A stretch of 64,000 nucleotides of DNA from Bacillota bacterium (GTDB lineage: Bacteria > Bacillota > Bacilli > Bu12), in assembly GCA_014896485.1 (NCBI GenBank), contig JADBKH010000008.1, forward strand, positions 6,710 through 70,709, in the 5' to 3' direction. Positions within the stretch are counted from its first letter, which is position 1, and each line of letters begins with the position of its first letter. The position numbers and the translations under genes were made by a program. The notes under the pieces were generated by a model. That model was not told the DNA's origin. It saw only the letters and a program-made list of their open reading frames with translations, and made no database searches. Below are positions 57,823 to 64,000 of this stretch, piece after piece.

Positions 57823-59103
57823 TCAGGCGGTCTCTTCGCGCTTCTTCTTTCGTGCCACACGATTGTCGACCGCAAGGTAGATCGGCTTTTCACGGCCTTC
57901 CACCACATCATCGGTGATGATCACCTTGCTGACGTCTTCACGCGAAGGCACCTCGTACATCACATCGAGCATGAGCCGCTCGACGATGGCTCGAAGGCCA
58001 CGAGCACCGGTTTGGCGCCTGATCGCCTCACGGGCAATGGCCGCCAATGCCTCATCCGTGAATTCCAACTCCACATTGTCGATCTGCAGCAACCGCTGAA
58101 ACTGCTTTACCAAAGCATTCTTTGGCTCGGTGAGAATGCGCTTGAGCGCACTTTCATCCAATGCATCCAATGTGGCGATGACAGGCACACGACCGATGAA
58201 CTCTGGGATCAACCCAAACTTGAGCAGATCCTCGGGAAGGATTTGTGAAAGCACTTCGCCAATCGAACTGTCTTTGCTGCTGACACTCTGGGAACCGAAA
58301 CCGATCACTTTCTGTCCGATGCGGTTGCGAATGATCTTGTCGATTCCCTCAAATGCACCGCCACAGATAAACAGCACGTTCGTAGTGTCAATCTGGATAA
58401 ACTCCTGGTGCGGATGCTTACGTCCACCTTGCGGCGGCACGCTGGCAACCGTTCCTTCGAGGATCTTCAGCAGCGCCTGCTGCACACCCTCTCCGGAAAC
58501 ATCCCGGGTGATGGAGGGGTTCTCTGACTTGCGGGCAATTTTGTCGATCTCGTCAATGTAGACGATTCCGCGTTCTGCCTTCTCTACATCGTAGTCGGCT
58601 GCCTGGATGAGTTTGAGCAAGATATTCTCGACATCTTCGCCGACATAGCCGGCCTCTGTGAGTGACGTGGCATCCGCGATGGCAAAGGGCACGTTGAGCA
58701 TGCGCGCCAGCGTCTGAGCCAGCAACGTCTTGCCGCTACCCGTAGGTCCAAGCAGGAGGATGTTCGACTTAGAGATCTCGACATCGTCCCCTTTGGCATT
58801 GGAGTTGACGCGCTTGTAATGATTGTAGACGGCGACGGAGAGTACTTTTTTCGCCCTTTCCTGACCAATCACGTACTGATCCAGGAAATTGCGGATCTCT
58901 TGGGGTTTGGGTACGTCTTGAAGCTGAACTTCCTCTTCTTCCCCAAGTTCCTCTTCGACGATCTCATTGCACAGCTCGATGCACTCGTCGCAGATGTAGA
59001 CTCCTGGCCCCGCAACCAACTTCCGCACTTGTTCTTGACTCTTGCCGCAGAAGGAGCACTTGAGCTGGCCCTTTTCGTCGTTAAATTTAAACACCCCGCT
59101 CAC
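57823..59103 (-). CDS. clpX: ATP-dependent Clp protease ATPase subunit
   Basis: CSFCGK..ICDEC Zn finger, [15 protein letters not shown] and IGF motifs. Confidence 0.98.
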   Translation of the reverse strand: MSGVFKFNDEKGQLKCSFCGKSQEQVRKLVAGPGVYICDECIELCNEIVEEELGEEEEVQLQDVPKPQEIRNFLDQYVIGQERAKKVLSVAVYNHYKRVNSNAKGDDVEISKSNILLLGPTGSGKTLLAQTLARMLNVPFAIADATSLTEAGYVGEDVENILLKLIQAADYDVEKAERGIVYIDEIDKIARKSENPSITRDVSGEGVQQALLKILEGTVASVPPQGGRKHPHQEFIQIDTTNVLFICGGAFEGIDKIIRNRIGQKVIGFGSQSVSSKDSSIGEVLSQILPEDLLKFGLIPEFIGRVPVIATLDALDESALKRILTEPKNALVKQFQRLLQIDNVELEFTDEALAAIAREAIRRQTGARGLRAIVERLMLDVMYEVPSREDVSKVIITDDVVEGREKPIYLAVDNRVARKKKREETA

Positions 59104-59696
59104 CCCTTTGCTTGATCTGTGCGGGTGATGACATGGTCGATCAAACCGTACGCCACCGCTTCTTCCGCCGTCATCCAGTTGTCCCGGTCGGTGTCGCGCT
59201 CAATCTTCTCAATAGGCTGGCCCGTCATCTCACTGTAAAGCCGATTCATCCGCTCGCGTACACGTACGATGTGCTTGGCTTGAATCGCAAGATCGGTCGC
59301 TTGCCCTTGGGCGCCGCCCAATGGTTGGTGAATCAGCACCTCGGCGTTGGGCAATGCATACCGTTTTCCACGCGCGCCCGCTGCCAATAAGAATGAGCCC
59401 ATGCTCGCCGCCAGGCCAATGCAAATAGTGGCAACATCAGGCTTGACATATTGCATCGTATCATAGATTGCCATGCCAGCTGAGATCGAACCGCCAGGGC
59501 TGTTGATGTAGATGCTGATCTCCTTATCCGGATCTTCCGCGGCCAGGAAGAGCAGCTGGGCGACGACCAAATTGGCTACATTGTCGTCGATCGGAGTACC
59601 CAAAAAGATAATCCGATCGCGCAACAACCGTGAGTAGATATCGTACGCCCGCTCACCCCGATTGGTCTGTTCCACGACCATGGGAACCAGACTCAT
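59100..59696 (-). CDS. clpP: Clp protease proteolytic subunit
   Basis: [24 protein letters not shown] and DRDN motifs. Confidence 0.98.
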   Translation of the reverse strand: MSLVPMVVEQTNRGERAYDIYSRLLRDRIIFLGTPIDDNVANLVVAQLLFLAAEDPDKEISIYINSPGGSISAGMAIYDTMQYVKPDVATICIGLAASMGSFLLAAGARGKRYALPNAEVLIHQPLGGAQGQATDLAIQAKHIVRVRERMNRLYSEMTGQPIEKIERDTDRDNWMTAEEAVAYGLIDHVITRTDQAKG

Positions 59697-59754
59697 CGTC
59701 TTTCACTCCTTTCCCTCCGCGACGGGAGATCAACAAGAGGCACCGTACTCTTCA

Positions 59755-61071
59755 TTATACAGGATCAGCAGCCCGCTTACTATTTGCGACCAGAAAATCG
59801 ATCGCCTTGCGGATCTTCAAACGGTGCTGAACGTCCTGCATAAAATCCTCGTTCTTGCGCAGCTGTTCAATGAAGCTTTCCTGTTGATCCCCCAAGCCTT
59901 CGGTCACCCGGACCAGCTCTTCGTGCAGCTCTTCCTCGCTCGGCTCCAATTGCTCTGCTTCTGCAATTGCCTCAAGGACCAGGTCAGCGCGTACCGCCTT
60001 TTCGGCGTCAGAGCGAAACTGTTCCCGCAATCCTTCCGGCGTCTGTCCAGAGAAACGGAAATAGGTCTCCAGCTCCAGCCCCTGTTGCGCCAGCTGATTG
60101 TTGAAATCATCGATCATATGGTCGATCTGGTGCTCGATCATCGCCTCGGGGATCTCCACCGATGCGTTGGCCACGGCTTGTTCGATCAATGCGTTCTCCG
60201 CATCGTTTTTGGCCTTCTCAGCAGCTTCCTTTTCGAGACGCTGGCGGATATCCTGGCGAACTTCCTCCAAGGTATCGAAGTCCGTAAACATCCGTGCAAA
60301 CTCGTCGTTGAGCTCTTCCAGGCGCTTCCGCTTGATGGCGTGGAGCGTCACTTGAAAGATGGCCTGTTTGCCCGCCAGCTCTTTCACGTAGTAATCCTCT
60401 GGAAAGGTGACTGGTACCTCTCTACTCTCTCCCGGGTGCATGCCAACCATGCCTTCCTCAAGCCCCGGAATCAGTTGCCCCGAACCAATTTCGACCTGGT
60501 AGTCTTCGATGTTGCCCCCTTCAAAGGGTTCCCCATCGATTCGACCTTGCAGGTCAACGGTAACCCTATCCCCCGTCTGCGCTTCGCCCTCTTCGATGGG
60601 CTCTAGTTCGGCGAATTCCTCCTGCATCTTGTGCAGCTCTTCCTCGACTTGCTCCTCGGTGACAGGCTGAGGTTGCGTTTCGGCCGTCAGTCCTTTGTAC
60701 TCGCCTAAGGTCACCTCCGGCTTGACCACCACGGTCGCCTTGAACTTGCACGGCTGATGCTTGTCGATCTGCTCCACTTCGACTTTCGGCTGATCGACAG
60801 GTTCGAGCTTCAGCTCGTCGATCGCTGTGTTATAGGCCTCTGGAATGAGCTGTTCCAACGCATCATCAAACAGCGTGGCGACACCAAACCGCGCCTCAAA
60901 GACAGCACGGGGTACCTTGCCCTTGCGGAATCCGGGAACAACCGCGTCTTTGACCACTTTTTTAAACGCGCGATCGAGCGCCTCGTCCACCCGCTCAGGG
61001 GCAATCTCCACTTCCAAGACGCCTTCATTGACGCCCGTCTTTTCCCACTTTGCAGTCACACCAACAGCCAC
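59755..61071 (-). CDS. tig: Trigger factor
   Basis: PGFRKGKVP, FKBP-like domain (FEGG, IPG, FPEDY); tig-clpP-clpX gene order. Confidence 0.96.
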   Translation of the reverse strand: MAVGVTAKWEKTGVNEGVLEVEIAPERVDEALDRAFKKVVKDAVVPGFRKGKVPRAVFEARFGVATLFDDALEQLIPEAYNTAIDELKLEPVDQPKVEVEQIDKHQPCKFKATVVVKPEVTLGEYKGLTAETQPQPVTEEQVEEELHKMQEEFAELEPIEEGEAQTGDRVTVDLQGRIDGEPFEGGNIEDYQVEIGSGQLIPGLEEGMVGMHPGESREVPVTFPEDYYVKELAGKQAIFQVTLHAIKRKRLEELNDEFARMFTDFDTLEEVRQDIRQRLEKEAAEKAKNDAENALIEQAVANASVEIPEAMIEHQIDHMIDDFNNQLAQQGLELETYFRFSGQTPEGLREQFRSDAEKAVRADLVLEAIAEAEQLEPSEEELHEELVRVTEGLGDQQESFIEQLRKNEDFMQDVQHRLKIRKAIDFLVANSKRAADPV

Positions 61072-61137
61072 GCGTTTTCCCTCCGAAATCATTGTGAAAG
61101 CTTTGTCATTATAGCTGTCGCCCTCGCAGCGATGCAA

Positions 61138-61551
61138 TCAACGCTCTAGCGGGCGCCGCTGTGCATACCCTTCCGAAGCAAAATGCATGTAAGCGATGTA
61201 AGTCTCATCCCATCGCCAGCAAAAGTGACGCGTAGTGGTCTCCGCAAAGTCAAAGGCACCATACCACAGGCAGCAGGGTTGAATACCAACGCGCCGCAGA
61301 GAAGCCACCTCCCCTTCCAAGGCGAGCTTCTCTACACGCAGCGCAGCTTCCAGTGCAAAGAGCGCATCTTCCGCAATCTCGCCCTTCCGCTGCAACAGGG
61401 CATCGCGCTGCTTGCGCCACTCTCCCACTTTTCGCTCAAAAGCGTATCGCTCCTGCATCCAATGCGAGAGCCGTGGCTGCAGCTGCCGAACCAACGATTG
61501 CGCTTCTTCCCGGGAAAAGAAGCGCGTAGATTCTTCGCCGCGCCTCTCCAC
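61138..61551 (-). CDS. DUF2203-like hypothetical protein
   Basis: RFFSREEAQSL, G.FDF, FCWRWDE and H...GYAQRRPL pattern. Confidence 0.6.
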   Translation of the reverse strand: MERRGEESTRFFSREEAQSLVRQLQPRLSHWMQERYAFERKVGEWRKQRDALLQRKGEIAEDALFALEAALRVEKLALEGEVASLRRVGIQPCCLWYGAFDFAETTTRHFCWRWDETYIAYMHFASEGYAQRRPLER

Positions 61552-61587
61552 CCCTGACCAGCCTCCTACTGCTCGATGCAGGATATC

Positions 61588-61620
61588 AAGAAGAGACCGC
61601 CTATCCGACGGCCTCTTCTT
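61588..61620 (-). terminator. Terminator after the tRNA cluster
   Basis: AAGAAGAG / CTCTTCTT imperfect stem. Confidence 0.55.
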
Positions 61621-61642
61621 GACCCGCAAGTCTGCAGCCTGC

Positions 61643-61727
61643 TGGTGCGGGAGGTGGGACTTGAACCCACATAGGTTTCCCTACCAGAACCTAAATCTGG
61701 CGCGTCTGCCGATTTCGCCACTCCCGC
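61643..61727 (-). tRNA. tRNA-Leu(TAG)
   Basis: Anticodon arm CCAGA-TTTAGGT-TCTGG; ACCA end. Confidence 0.95.
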
Positions 61728-61749
61728 AACACCCATACCGATTTTGCAT

Positions 61750-61825
61750 TGGTGGGCCATCCGGGGCTCGAACCCGGGACACCTCGATTAAAAGTCGAGT
61801 GCTCTACCAACTGAGCTAATGGCCC
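61750..61825 (-). tRNA. tRNA-Lys(TTT)
   Basis: Anticodon arm CTCGA-CTTTTAA-TCGAG; ACCA end. Confidence 0.95.
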
Positions 61826-61829
61826 GCAT

Positions 61830-61903
61830 TGGCTGGGGAGGTAGGGATCGAACCTACGATCGAGGATCCAAAGTCCTCTGCCTTACCACTTGGCCACTCC
61901 CCA
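61830..61903 (-). tRNA. tRNA-Gln(TTG)
   Basis: U1-A72 pair, anticodon arm GAGGA-CTTTGGA-TCCTC, GCCA end. Confidence 0.95.
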
Positions 61904-61937
61904 ATGTATATACGGAATTCCATACGCCTTTTTAATA

Positions 61938-62013
61938 TGGGTGAGTGGTGGGATTTGAACCCACGACATCCAGATCCACAATCTGGCGCTCTAACCACTG
62001 AACTACACTCACC
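61938..62013 (-). tRNA. tRNA-His(GTG)
   Basis: G-1/C73 pair, anticodon arm CCAGA-TTGTGGA-TCTGG. Confidence 0.95.
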
Positions 62014-62030
62014 TTGCCAATGCAGCTGAT

Positions 62031-62059
62031 ACTATAGCGCAGGTCGTACCGAAACGCAA
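62031..62059 (-). promoter_or_regulatory. Sigma-A promoter for the tRNA cluster
   Basis: TTGCGT-N17-TATAGT on the minus strand. Confidence 0.65.
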
Positions 62060-62087
62060 CCTTTTCCGGTTTACAACCCTTACAGAC

Positions 62088-63707
62088 TCACCGGGGTTCC
62101 ATTACGCCCGGAAAGATAAAGTAGTAAAGCAAACCGATGAGGATCAAAAAGGCCAGGAAAATGAGCGTCCAGCCCATGTTGTGCCGAATGACTTCCCCCT
62201 CGTTACGGACGAAGGAGCTGGTGGAAACGCCTACACTGGCCGTTTGCGGTGCAATGGGTTTTCCCACCTCGGATCCAACCGAATTCAGAGAAGGCAACAG
62301 CAGAGGCGGCATGCCCAAAAGCCTGCCGGTCAGAGCTTGGATGGCACCAAACATCGTGTTGGTAGAGGTGTTGCTGCCGGAGAGCGCCACGCCCACCCAT
62401 CCCAAAACAGGAGCCAAAACAATAAACCAGACCCCCACACGGGAGAAGCCGTACGCCAGTGAACTGGCCATCCCCGAATAGTTGAACACAAAGGCCAATC
62501 CGAACATCAGGAAGGAGACGATCAACGCCCCCCAGATCTGTCGAAAGGTACGGATGAACACTTGACCAATATGTGCACGGGAAGGGCGCAAGATAGCAAG
62601 GAGGATGAGCCAAGAAGCCAAAATCGCTGTACCACCACTTAACGGCGTGAAGTTAAATGCAGCTGCGACATTCCCAGCTGTTACGGAAGATTGCGCGACC
62701 ACCTGTTGGTGCCAAAGTCGAATGCTCGTCAAAGCAGACCATGGGCCGGTCCACGCGACGACCACCACGATCAGCACGATATACGGCAACCAAGCCATCC
62801 ACCCATCCCGCGCCGAAGAGCGAGGCCCCGCAGTCGAGATCGCTGCTTTTTCCAACACTTTGCCCCCAAAACCGCGCAGGACTTTCGGTCGCCACACTTT
62901 GATAAAGAGAAAGATCACCCAAAAAGAGACCATGGCACCGGTCAGATCGGGAAGATACGGCCCCAAAAAGGCTGCAACGGGAAGTTGGCCGGCGATATAG
63001 GAGAAAGAAGCCACAATCGCCAAGGGCCACGCTTCTTTTAACCCTTGACGTCCGCTGACCAGGTAAAGGAGCACCCAAGGAGGCAGTAACGCCAGCGCGG
63101 CGACGATAAAGCCGACCGAACGAGAAAGTTCTAAAAGCGGCAAGCCGGTGACGCCGGCCAACGCGATGATCGGTGCTCCCAGAGCGCCATAGGAAACAGG
63201 GGCATTGTTGGCAAGTGCCGCAACACGGATGGCTTCCAAATCGACAATCCCAATGCTGATCAAGATAGGGACGACAACAGACCATGGAAATCCAAACCCA
63301 ACCAAACCTTCCAGGAGTGCGCCAAATGACCAGGCGAGCAGAATGACCTGGATACGGATATCCGGAGTGGCCTGATCCAGAATCCATGCCTTGAAGCGCT
63401 CGAAGTTTCCTGTCACAACCAGGGTATTGAAAATAACAACGCCCCACAGGATGATCCAGTCTACGCTCCACATTCCTTGTAAGCTGCCCAGCGCATAGGC
63501 AGCAAGCGCACCGCGCAGGGGGGCACCCCAGACCAAAACGGCGAGCACCAGTGTGATGATACCGGCGATCAGGCTCGACAACCAAGCCGTGATGCGAAAG
63601 ATCGAGAGCAACACCAAGATTGCGATCAGCGGTACCAAGGCGACCAGGATCGTCAGTCCCAGAGCGCCGAGGGGAATTAAGGTTTGAGCAAAGGACTCGG
63701 CTGGCAA
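62088..63707 (-). CDS. L-lactate permease (LctP/LldP family)
   Basis: FGALLEG..GFG, ANNAPVSYGALGAP, SGSNTSTN and GKPIAPQ motifs. Confidence 0.9.
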   Translation of the reverse strand: MPAESFAQTLIPLGALGLTILVALVPLIAILVLLSIFRITAWLSSLIAGIITLVLAVLVWGAPLRGALAAYALGSLQGMWSVDWIILWGVVIFNTLVVTGNFERFKAWILDQATPDIRIQVILLAWSFGALLEGLVGFGFPWSVVVPILISIGIVDLEAIRVAALANNAPVSYGALGAPIIALAGVTGLPLLELSRSVGFIVAALALLPPWVLLYLVSGRQGLKEAWPLAIVASFSYIAGQLPVAAFLGPYLPDLTGAMVSFWVIFLFIKVWRPKVLRGFGGKVLEKAAISTAGPRSSARDGWMAWLPYIVLIVVVVAWTGPWSALTSIRLWHQQVVAQSSVTAGNVAAAFNFTPLSGGTAILASWLILLAILRPSRAHIGQVFIRTFRQIWGALIVSFLMFGLAFVFNYSGMASSLAYGFSRVGVWFIVLAPVLGWVGVALSGSNTSTNTMFGAIQALTGRLLGMPPLLLPSLNSVGSEVGKPIAPQTASVGVSTSSFVRNEGEVIRHNMGWTLIFLAFLILIGLLYYFIFPGVMEPR

Positions 63708-63795
63708 AGCAGACACCCTCCTTCTTAAGCTACTAATACAAGACATTAATCGAAAAGATGCTATGAGATCGCTTGGCCACATCCCCCTTTACCCT

Positions 63796-64000
63796 TTACA
63801 GAGAATCAGCATGCTTCGAAATGACTTCCAAAGCTGCACATTCCGCGCCCTGAAGCACGGTTCGCAGTAGAAGCTGCTGCTGCCGCGCAACAGTGAGAGC
63901 TGCTTCATACTCAGCGGCCGCTTTGAGGCTACCATCTTCCAGCTGTGCGATTTTGACGGGCAGAACTCCCCAAGGTGTTTGAACCTGCTGCACCCTTCTC
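63796..64000 (-). CDS. larC: 3' end of LarC-like nickel-pincer cofactor Ni-insertase (partial)
   Basis: VQTPWGVLPVK...KAAAEYE..A......LRTV resembles the LarC C-terminal TPxG-V-VK...PEYE pattern; truncated by the window edge. Confidence 0.6.
   Translation of the reverse strand, partial: RRVQQVQTPWGVLPVKIAQLEDGSLKAAAEYEAALTVARQQQLLLRTVLQGAECAALEVISKHADSL

Noticed and set aside
1-64000. CRISPR array, IS element, prophage or integrated island at the ten tRNA genes
   Set aside because: No regularly spaced repeats, transposase, integrase, phage genes or duplicated tRNA 3' ends were seen.

Overview
A gene-dense, moderately GC-rich chromosomal window from a probable spore-forming Bacillota. Supporting signs are a T-box, a B. 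subtilis-type Pho box, cotJB/cotJC, sigma-G-like promoters and HPr with Ser46. The first 9 kb is a respiratory/redox neighbourhood: a ba3-type oxidase subunit I, a two-gene operon, and a three-gene Mo/W-bis-PGD oxidoreductase (NrfD-like anchor, frameshifted catalytic subunit, 4Fe-4S subunit). The best candidate for an undescribed system is the two-gene operon at 1976-4341. Its first gene is an intact 571-aa protein that aligns by eye along almost its whole length with Ni-CO dehydrogenase (CooS). It keeps the B-cluster cysteines but has lost all six C-cluster ligands and the catalytic His/Lys, so it looks like a pseudo-CODH. It is translationally coupled to a CBS-ACT (AcuB-like) protein. The rest is mostly housekeeping: an atypical Clp ATPase, TPP-riboswitch thiD-thiM-thiE, transporters, ugpAEB-like genes, ddl, T-box thrS, GH15 plus glucose dehydrogenase, pstS, ilvD, a class A PBP, HPr, tig-clpP-clpX, ten tRNAs, a lactate permease and the 3' end of a larC-like gene. 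I saw no CRISPR array, rRNA, transposase or integrase. All calls come from manual motif reading; no database searches were run.
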